A DNA stretch of 64,000 nucleotides. Source: Eledone cirrhosa. Lineage: Eukaryota. Positions 1 through 9,897 of the stretch are shown here, piece by piece. The stretch covers positions 310,001 through 374,000 of the forward strand of contig OZ024742.1 in the NCBI GenBank assembly GCA_964016885.1, in the 5' to 3' direction. Positions within the stretch are counted from its first letter, which is position 1. Every line of letters begins with the position of its first letter. Under the pieces are notes generated by a model. That model worked only from the letters and a program-made list of their open reading frames with translations. It was not told the origin of the DNA and did not search any database. Made by a program: the position numbers and the translations under genes.

Positions 1-19
1 TATGTATACAGACGTACAG

Positions 20-207
20 TAGTATGTATATATATGTACATACATGCACATATATATATGTACGTATGGATTCACCAAACATTTATTATAATGCTTGGTG
101 TGTTTGTAAACAAACATCCTGAATTAAGCAGTACAGTGTCTAGCAACCATTGTTGCTCATTTATATATATATGTATATATATATGTGTGTATATATGTGT
201 GTGTATG

Positions 208-242
<35 letters not shown>

Positions 243-275
243 ATGTATATGTGTGTGTGCGTGTGTGTGCATGTG
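20..275. repeat. (TA)n/(TG)n compound microsatellite
   Basis: Direct reading of dinucleotide runs. Confidence 0.9.
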
Positions 276-392
276 TGTTTATCTACTTTTATATTTATTA
301 TTTTTCCTTTCCGTCTTCCTATTCCAGCCTCACTTTCATATAGATTATATTTTTGTTTTTAAAATCCACTGTCAATAAATACACCAGGATTT

Positions 393-450
393 TTTCATTC
401 TGATGACTGAAAGATTTTGCTTGCTTTCAAGAAACCATTGGTAAATGAAA
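393..450 (+). ncRNA. Type I minimal hammerhead ribozyme (PLE pLTR type)
   Basis: Stem I TTTCATT(393-399)/AATGAAA(444-450); core CTGATGA(400-406); stem II TGAAAG/CTTTCA; GAAA(431-434); short stem III CC-ATT-GG; GTA cleavage triplet ending 443. Confidence 0.85.
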
Positions 451-528
451 TAATTATCTTATGTTGTTTATTACATAACTATATATATAGAGATGTGAGA
501 AAAACCACAGACCCTCCATCTCAACTCA

Positions 529-566
529 CCTTTTGAAAAGTAGAAGAACTGCGAAACCGGTAAAGG
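529..566 (+). ncRNA. Hammerhead ribozyme variant with U3-A8 core, upstream of PLE ORF1
   Basis: Stem I CCTT/AAGG; core TTGAAAA(533-539); stem II GTAG/CTGC; GAAA(553-556); palindromic stem III ACCGGT; GTA triplet; AATAAA at 572. Confidence 0.65.
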
Positions 567-746
567 AACCAAATAAATATATATATTTTTAAAAAAAAAA
601 TAAATAAATAAATAAGACTCCAGTTGCATTTTCGATTTCATCTCTTTTTCTTTATACTTTCACTCGTGTAGGACACCTCGGTTATTTTTCATTTTGTTAA
701 AAAAAACCTCACTTTCTAATATATACCCACCACACGAAGACCGAAA

Positions 747-1850
747 ATGCCACCAAAGTCTCAACAAAACAACAACTCACTGAACCAGGACATCTTAAAT
801 GAACTCAAAGAGATTTCCTCTAAACTCTCAATTTTGACCAACAAAGTGGACCAAATACACATCTATAAAAAAGGACCCCACGAAGAAACAGAAAATACCC
901 AAGAGACGAATATTACTCTAGTATTAACTAAGCTAATCGAAACCATTGAAACAGCAATGCTCCAAAAGCTGGAACAACCGTTAGAACCCAATCTACGAGA
1001 TGTCCACTTAGTGAAAAACACCCTAATAAACATATGGACTCAAAAGCTCACAGCCCGCAAATTCGCCCTTTGGAATCTCATAAAAAATAATGGCAAGGCA
1101 GACATATATGAAAAGTGGCTAAACTCTACCCCAATCATCCTCCCCAAAAAACTCCAAATAAAACCCATCCCGAATGAACCAGAAAACCAACAAAGACTTA
1201 GGGAAAAGATGGCATTGGAAACATTTAAAACAGAAATAGAACTGTTGCGATTAAGAGCCAACTCCAACAAAGAAAAATTCAAGTCACTGGACCAACAGAT
1301 GGACACAGAAATCTCAAAGCACTCTGAAGGCCTACTCTACAAAAAAACGCTAAAACTTTGGAAAGAAAACTGTGAGGATAAAGAACTAACATCCCTCCAG
1401 CGATGGGAAAAAAACACCACCTGGTTCAACAACTACGAAATGGACTTCAAAAATAAACAACATACAGGTAACCCATTTTTAAAACAAACTAAAACTCACA
1501 CACCACATGCACAACAAATAACAAAAAAAGTAACAAAACGTCCAACATACCCCCAGCAAAACTATAACGATAATCCCAGAAACCATAGACAAAACTATAA
1601 CCCTACTAACAAAAACCAAAGATCCCCGAACACAAGGCAGGACCTGATCCGCAGATCACAACCCACACAAAACCTATTCCAAAACCGTAGACCCCTGCCT
1701 ACACAGAACCTGTTCCAAAATCGTAGATCCCAACCCACACAAAGGAACCAAATCTACAACCCAGACTATCAACAAACCGAACCTCAATACGTCCGAAACT
1801 TCTATACAAGACCACACAACAACAGGGGAAATACCATTAGATACCATTAG
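747..1850 (+). CDS. PLE ORF1-like protein (helical/coiled-coil N-terminus, Q/N/R-rich tail), prematurely stopped by a 10-bp duplication
   Basis: 367-aa ATG-started ORF; ATACCATTAG duplicated at 1831-1850 creates the TAG; three ~36-bp internal repeats (RRSQPTQNLFQN). Confidence 0.6.
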   Translation: MPPKSQQNNNSLNQDILNELKEISSKLSILTNKVDQIHIYKKGPHEETENTQETNITLVLTKLIETIETAMLQKLEQPLEPNLRDVHLVKNTLINIWTQKLTARKFALWNLIKNNGKADIYEKWLNSTPIILPKKLQIKPIPNEPENQQRLREKMALETFKTEIELLRLRANSNKEKFKSLDQQMDTEISKHSEGLLYKKTLKLWKENCEDKELTSLQRWEKNTTWFNNYEMDFKNKQHTGNPFLKQTKTHTPHAQQITKKVTKRPTYPQQNYNDNPRNHRQNYNPTNKNQRSPNTRQDLIRRSQPTQNLFQNRRPLPTQNLFQNRRSQPTQRNQIYNPDYQQTEPQYVRNFYTRPHNNRGNTIRYH

Positions 1851-1889
1851 ATATAATAATACCATTGAAAAAACATACCAGAAAAATCA

Positions 1890-2175
1890 TTTTTTAGACC
1901 AAGGCTACAGGACTCACGACACCCGGTGGCACCAACCGATTTTGAAAAACCGAAAATAATTAACCTTTCAAATACAAACCTCTCAGCCCAACAAGTAAAA
2001 ATTCTCTCCAAAGGACTGAAATTCACACCAACACCACAATACCCTAACCCCAACGAGATAAATGACGATATCTCACACTTCTGTAGAAAATTACGTCTCA
2101 CAGAGGAATTCTTTGACAAGGAGAATAACGACGAATCAATTGTACGGAATAAAAGCAGCTACAACCCAACAAAAG
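1890..2175 (+). pseudogene. PLE ORF2 N-terminal fragment (pre-RT domain)
   Basis: FFRPRLQ...IINLSN...KGLKFTPTP...[12 protein letters not shown]; runs into microsatellite. Confidence 0.7.
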
Positions 2176-2612
<437 letters not shown>

Positions 2613-3350
2613 TAGGGATCAGATGTTGTTTACTCGAGAGAAGGCTACGTTGGTACGGTCACGTGATGCGCATGAAAGACGACAGCTGTATAACAAAGTG
2701 CAGGGCAATAAAGATAGACGGTAGCCACGGAGTAGGCAGACCCAGAAAAACATGGGACGAGCTGATAAATTCCGACCTCACACGCTTACACCTCTCCAAG
2801 ACAATGTCACTGGACCGAGACCTTTGGCGGTACTCAGTAATAGAGAAGACCCGCCTTACCTAAATACAAAGTAAAAACCTACTACAGTCAGTAGGCACCT
2901 CTATCAAAACACACCCCCGTCCCTCCACACCGCCCCTTTCAATGTAAAGTTATGTTGGTCCCACAACATCCAGGCCGAAACAAATGAGATCGTGTAGGTG
3001 TCACGACAAAAAACACACAGTCCACGCTGTAAATGTGGCCGTGTAGGCAACACGGTAAAAACCTCCCAGCCCCACACTGTAAATGTGGTTGGTGTTAGGA
3101 AGGGCATCCAGCTGTAGAAAACCCGCCAGACAGTCCACGCTGTAATGTGGCCGTGTAGGCAACACGGTAAAAACCTCCCAGCCCCACACTGTAAATGTGG
3201 TTGGTGTTAGGAAGGGCATCCAACTGTAGAAAACCCGCCAGACAGTCCTATGCGAGCAAGACAACCACTCTTGCCTCAAGTGGGAAAACCCCCGTCCAAA
3301 CCCATGCAAGCGTGGAACACGGACGCTAAACCTGATGATGATGATGATGA
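2613..3350 (+). mobile_element. RTE LINE family B, 5'-truncated 3' end with partially duplicated 3' UTR and (GAT)n tail
   Basis: [27 protein letters not shown]; tandem duplication of the UTR block at ~3018-3245; GATGATGAT tail. Confidence 0.9.
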
Positions 3351-3742
<392 letters not shown>

Positions 3743-3944
3743 TGTAGGTAACATGGTAAAAACTTCCCAGTTCCACACTGTAAATGTGGTTGGTGTTAGG
3801 AAGGGCATCCAACTGTAGAAAACCTGCCAGACAGTCCTATGCGAGCAAGACAATCACTCTTGCCTCAAGTGGGAATACCCCCGTCCAAACCCATGCAAGC
3901 GTGGAACACGGACGTTAAACGTTGATGATGATGATGATGATGAT
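3743..3944 (+). mobile_element. RTE family B 3' UTR fragment with (GAT)n tail
   Basis: Matches 3155-3350. Confidence 0.85.
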
Positions 3945-4075
3945 ATATATATATATATGTATATATATATGTATGTATATATCCATATATGTATGTATAT
4001 ATATATATATATATGTATGTATATATATATATATATGTATGTATATATATATATATGTATATATATGTATATATG

Positions 4076-4107
<32 letters not shown>

Positions 4108-5828
4108 TAAATGAGAACCTTAAATATGTAAATACGAGTTCTAACCATCCACTCTCTATAATTAAATCCATCCCTAGAAATGTTTCTCTTAGAATCTCCC
4201 GCCTGTCGTCCAACCAGCAAACCTTCAAAGAACATGCCGAATATTATGATGATGCACTTAGGAAAGCCGGTCACCTAGATAATATAGAGTATATAGTCAA
4301 AGATCACCTAAACACCCAAAATAAATCACATAGGAGTAGAAATAGCACAGAATCACCACCATACATACACTACCGCAATAGACACAATAATAGTCGCACA
4401 CCACCAAACAGAAGGCGATGTAAGGAGTATATTTGGTACAACCCGGTCTATAACAACTCTATTAAAACCAATCTACCCTCAAAATTCTTTCGATTAGTTA
4501 AAAAACACTTTCCAACATCACATAAATATAATAAAATCTTAAACCCTAACGCTATTCGACTTTCATATTCAACCGCCCCTAATATTGAACAACATATAAA
4601 AAAGCTTAACGCAAAACGGTTGTATAAACGCCTTCCAACACATAACAATACACGTAAAACATCGGCTATAACATCACAAAACAACAAACAACATCCTGTC
4701 CTACATAAGCAACCTCATCAATAAATCCATGGCAATACAACAACGCAAAATTATAATTGCAACTGTGTCCAACCAGGAATGTGTCCGTTGAACAATCAGT
4801 GTCTTGAACGCAACATCGTATACAAATGTACTATCGAATCGGATAGACAGAAGTGGTACTATGTGGGATCTACAGCCACCTCCTTCAAATCACGCCTTTA
4901 TAGACATCGTTACTCGATAAAACATGAAAACCAGCGTTATGTAACAACACTCGCAGACAAGGCTTGGCAGCTGCGTGAAAATAACCAACAATTTCACCTA
5001 AAATGGGATATAATAGCAGCTGCCCCCCCATAATCCCATGGACAGGAATTTTGTAAATTATGTAATGTAGAATTATTTTGTATTATGAAATCCAAAAACA
5101 TTTTATTAAATAACAGAATAGAGCGATCGTTATACTGTAACCATCGCTTAAAATCTACATTTTCATATTATAAATACTACCAGGATTGAACGCCTGTCTC
5201 TATCCCCGTTTGATTGTCAAAATAGATATTAACATTCTTTATTAGTCTTAATTCTATCAACTCTTCTATTATTTACCTTTTAATACAAACTGCTATAGAT
5301 AAAATGAGATTTCTGATTTCTTGATTCAATTCCCTAATGCATATACCAGCTGGCTACTAGCATTGATGTTATTTAGTAGCAATCGAAATCTCCCCCTTCC
5401 CCAATTGACACTTTATAATTAATACTACTGCACCAAATGACCAGCCCTGTCCACTGTCCAGTTGGTCAAGTAGAGATTAAAATTGGCACTCCCAAAATTC
5501 TTATTTAGATTTACTCATGGTATTCTCATTAGAAACCCATTATATACTTGTTTAGCAGTAAATTAATTTACCATCTGTCATATACTATCCCCTCTGTTCC
5601 TTCCTCTTTTACTAATATAAATACTTCAATTTTTCTGATTTTATCCAAGTTATCCAAAATCTCTGAAGAAGTGACAACTGATTATACATTTGCTATCGAA
5701 TACTTGCTAACATTATATGATTACGCAAGCAGCGATACATAGGTATTCGGTCTGTTACAGAAACATATGTCAATACCTAATAAATTCCTTTTTTAACAAA
5801 AGCACTTTCATTTTATATTCATCCTTTC
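4108..5828 (+). mobile_element. 5'-truncated Penelope-like element (Naiad-like): RT thumb, linker, Cys cluster, GIY-YIG endonuclease, 3' pLTR with HHR; inactivated by stops
   Basis: SNHP..RISRLSS; IWYNPVY..KTNL..KHFP..KILN..RLSYS; CNC..CPLNNQC..IVYKC..YYVGST..FKSR; CKLC..E..LLNNR; in-frame TAA at 4722 and 5031. Confidence 0.85.
5655..5785 (+). ncRNA. Hammerhead-like motif with ~90-nt branched stem II (stem I weak)
   Basis: CTGAAGA(5663-5669); GTGACA/TGTTAC stem II base; GAAA(5760-5763); palindromic ACATATGT stem III; GTC triplet; AATAAA at 5779. Confidence 0.65.
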
Positions 5829-5852
5829 TATATATATATATATATATATATA

Positions 5853-7040
5853 TACTCTTTTACTCTTTTACCTGTTTCAGCCATCCGGCTGAGGCCATGC
5901 TGGGGCACCGCCCTTGTTGCTACACATTTTATCTCCAGCCTGTATAGGTTGGCCACTGGTGTAGGAGGGAGTTTGTTGCTGCTGCCCTTAGGTTTCCCTC
6001 GTGTCTTGCTGTGGGCTCATCCGGGATCCTGGATAACAAGGTGTCGAGATGTTTCTTAAAGACATCCACCTCCACGTCATGCAAGTCTCGCAGATGCCTC
6101 GGCAGCCTGTTGAAGAGTTGAGGGCCCTTGAATCCCAGGCTATTGCAATACCTGCTCCTTATTCTAGATGTGGAAGACGGGACCTTTGGCACCACACAGT
6201 GACGTCCTGTTCGACGGTTGGTCCAGCTCCCAATGCCAAAGTTTGGTGCTAGTCCCTCCAGGATTTTCCACATGTAGATCACTGCGTATCTCTCCCGTCT
6301 TCGCTCCAAGGAGTAGAGGTTCAGTTCCTTTAGCCTCTCCCAGTAGCTTGTCTCCCTCATCTTGGCAATCCTCTTGGTGTAGCTTCGCTGGATTGCCTCA
6401 AGCTCCGTGGTTAGTTTGACACTATGGGGTGACCACAGCTGGGAGCAGTAGTCCAGGCGGCTTAGGACAAAAGTCCTCCACAGTGTCAACATGGTGTCTC
6501 GATCTCTTGTAAGGAAAGTCCTCAAGATCCAGCCAGCGAATCGTCTACATGTTGTCGCCACCTTCATGATGTGTGAAGAAAAAGATGCATCATCGCTCAT
6601 GTCTATGCCCAGGTCTCGTATCGATTTTGACACGGGGATATCGGTCCCTCCTGGTCCTGTGTAGCTGTGTTCCGCTATATTTGTGTTTGTGTTTGCAGGT
6701 TTGTATTGTAGGGCTTGGAATTTGCAAGCATTAAACTGCATGTTGTTTTCTTCCGCCCATCTGTATATGGCATCCAGATCCTGTTGTAAGAGGGCAGCAT
6801 CAGCCGGGTTTTTGATTGCCTGTGCTACCTTAGTGTCATCAGCATAGCTAGTGAGGGATGTTGTTGCATGCACCACAGAGGGCATGTCCGAGAGAGCCAC
6901 CAAAAACAGTAGTGGTCCCAGGACTGTCCCCTGGGGCACCCCACTTGTTATCGGTGTTTCCCTCGAGAGGGCCCCATTTGCTGCGACTGCCTGGCTTCTG
7001 TCCCTTAGGAAGCCATGCAGCCACTCACCATGCAGCCACT
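5853..7040 (-). mobile_element. CR1-like LINE, 5'-truncated, RT C-terminal half open, 3' tail (TAAAAGAG)n
   Basis: GVPQGTVLGPLLFL, YADD, SRLDYCSQLWSP, LYSLERRRER; ORF 5929-7047. Confidence 0.85.
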
Positions 7041-7613
7041 CGTCCAAGCTTTTTCTGCTAAAGTTGTTACATTTCTTTGGCTCTGGTGTTGTAGAAATGT
7101 AACAACTTTAGCAGAAAAAGCTTGGACGCTCAGGGATAGCGATCAAAAGTTTACCCTAAAATGGGAAAAATTAGCTAAAACCCAAAGCTTTTCCAGGAGC
7201 CAAAATTTCTGTAAATTGTGTAATCTTGAGATTTATTACATAATCACACACAAGAAGAAACTGCTGAATAACAGAATTGAACGAACATTATTCTGCCGTC
7301 ACAGAACTAAAACCCTTTTTCCCACTACAAGCCGAATATTACATAAAAGAGGGACATCCCCCAACTATATAAACCTTAATCTAGTTAGAAAAATATAAAA
7401 ACAATCTCTTCTCAACATATATTAATAACCTTAAATTACCACACTAATAATGGAAAGATATGCTGATGAGAATAGGTGCAAATATGCGATAATGAATGTG
7501 TCTAAAAACGTCCATAAGTATGTATATATATGTGAAAATGTATATAAATAAGTAAATATATATATATGTTTGATGTGTATAGTTAGATGTAAGTGTATTC
7601 ATGTATTAAAGTG

Positions 7614-7696
<83 letters not shown>

Positions 7697-8383
7697 GTGT
7701 ATATGGATGTGTATGTATGTGTATGTGTGTACACATGGACTAGAGTATGTATGTATATATGTGTGTGTCTATACGTGTGTATATAAAGATAAGTTGAGTA
7801 TGAAAATGTATACACATGAGCGCGTATGTATGTACATGAATACATGTGTGTATATATATATAAGTATGAATATGTGAATTGTGAGTATATGTATTTTGTA
7901 GAGGTGTGCAAATATATTTGTGTGTGAATGCGTGGGTGAAAGGATACGTACACTTGAAAGAAAAATTTAAGTCTGAATGTTAATTAAGTGCAAACACAAA
8001 ACCAACCACGCATATCTTTACTATCTCTAATCCTTCTATAGATTTAGAAAAATAACCAATAATATATTCTATAAAAAATGTCAAAACAACAGATGGGAAT
8101 CTAATTACTCACTGCCACCAAGAATTCTCAATGCTATCGAAAAACCACTCCTTCAACTATTCTTCTAACAACTTCACCCCTCCCTCCTAATATTCTCTAT
8201 AAAAACTAAGTAGGTCCTCAGTAATATTATTCTGATGAAATGACAGTAAATAATAACATTGAAATATTGAATGTCTGCATAACTAAAAGTTTGTAGATAG
8301 CAGCTGTTTTAGGTTATGTAACTGTTATAGAAACACGTGTCAATAAATTCCTTTCAACTAAACTGTATCCATTCAAATCTTTC

Positions 8384-8385
<2 letters not shown>
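7041..8385 (+). mobile_element. Naiad-like PLE 3' fragment (GIY-YIG C-terminus, 3' UTR interrupted by TA/TG repeats, HHR) with inverted 5' junction
   Basis: VTTLAEKAWTLR..KW..FCKLCNLE..LLNNRIE..CRHR, homologous to 4940-5160; 36-bp perfect inverted repeat 7041-7076/7093-7128. Confidence 0.8.
8227..8346 (+). ncRNA. Type I hammerhead ribozyme with long structured stem II
   Basis: Stem I TTATT/AATAA; CTGATGA(8232-8238); stem II ATGACAGT/ACTGTTAT; GAAA(8330-8333); palindromic ACACGTGT; GTC triplet ending 8341. Confidence 0.85.
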
Positions 8386-8418
<33 letters not shown>

Positions 8419-8439
8419 ATATATATATATATATATATC

Positions 8440-9743
8440 TCATCATCATCATCAACGTTTAACGTCCGTGTTCCACGCTTGCATGGGTTTGGACGGGGGT
8501 AGTCCCACTTGAGGCAAGTGTGATTGTCTTGCTCGCATAGGACTGTCTGGCAGGTTTTCTACAGTTGGATGCCCTTCCTAACACCAACCACATTTACAGT
8601 GTGGGTCTGGGAGGTTTTTACCGTGTTGCCTACACGGCCACATTACAGCGTGAACTGTGTGTTTTTTTGTCGTGACACCTACACGATCTCATTTGTTTCG
8701 GCCTGGATGGTGTGGCACCAACATAACTTTACATAGAACGGGGTGGTGTGGATGGGGTGGGGGTGGTGGGACGGGGGGGGAGGGGGTATTTTGTTAGAGA
8801 TGTCTACTGGCTGTAGTAGGTTTTACTATGTATTTAGGTAAAGCGGGTCTTCTCTGTTACTGAGTACCGCCAAAGGTCTCGGTCCAGTGATATTGTCTTG
8901 GAGAGGTATAAGTGTGTGAGGTCGGAGTTTATCAGCTTGTCCCAGGTTTTTCTAGGTCTGCCTATTCCGTGGCTACCGTCTATCTTTATTGCCCTGCACT
9001 TTGTTATACAGCTATCGACTTTCATGCGCATCACGTGTCCATACCAACGTAGCCTTCTCTCGAGTAAACAACATCTGATCCCTCTTATTTCTAATTTTGT
9101 CCTTAGTTCGTTTATGCTTTGCCGTTCACGTATATTACTGTTACACATCCAGCGGAGCATGCAAGCTTCGTTCCTCTCTAGTCTGCGTATATCCTCTGCA
9201 CACAATGCCCAGGTCTCACTGCCATGCAACATTGCTGTTCGTATGCAGGCATCGTACAACCTGCCTTTCATTTTTAGAGAGAACCCTTTAGCAGCTAATA
9301 GTGGTATAAGCTCTCTGAACTTTTTCCAACCAGTTCTGACTCTAGCTACTGTACTTTCAGAGCACCCTCCCCCACTGCTGATTTTATCACCCAGGTAACG
9401 GAAACTATCCACTATTTCTATAGAACCCTCTGCGCAATTGAAAGAGTTAGTATTTTGTGGGCACTTGCTGCTACTTATTGCACCAGAGCACCGGCCACAT
9501 GTAAAATCTATGTTCTTAGTTAGCTTACCTGTGATCCCACTACATCTTTTATGCACCCATACTTTGCATTTAGGACATAAAATGGAGTTTCTACCTACGC
9601 CTTTCCTACACACCGAGCACGACCATTTCCCAGAAGGGACCGCCGCCTTATTTTCTTTCCTACAAACTAGAACTTTAGTCTTAGCCAGGTTAATTTTAAG
9701 GCCTTTTGATTCTAGGCCGTGCTTCCATGTTTGGAATTTCTTC

Positions 9744-9744
<1 letters not shown>
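8440..9744 (-). mobile_element. RTE LINE family B, 5'-truncated
   Basis: ORF 8834-9613 with PHD-like Cys cluster and [10 protein letters not shown]; (CAT)n tail on plus strand. Confidence 0.9.
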
Positions 9745-9812
<68 letters not shown>

Positions 9813-9836
9813 GTATATATGTATATATATATATAT

Positions 9837-9897
<61 letters not shown>

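Larger units (their letters stand above)
490..2175 (+). mobile_element. 5' part of a Penelope-like element (Neptune-like): HHR-bearing pLTR, ORF1, start of RT-associated ORF, truncated at (TA)n
   Basis: Motif [33 protein letters not shown] is typical of the PLE pre-RT N-terminal domain; upstream HHR. Confidence 0.75.

Noticed and set aside
4108-5190. Selenocysteine (UGA) recoding as reported for some Naiad PLEs
   Set aside because: The in-frame stops here are TAA, and the Cys codons are ordinary TGY
7452-7480. CTGATGA motif
   Set aside because: No matching stem II/GAAA/stem III downstream
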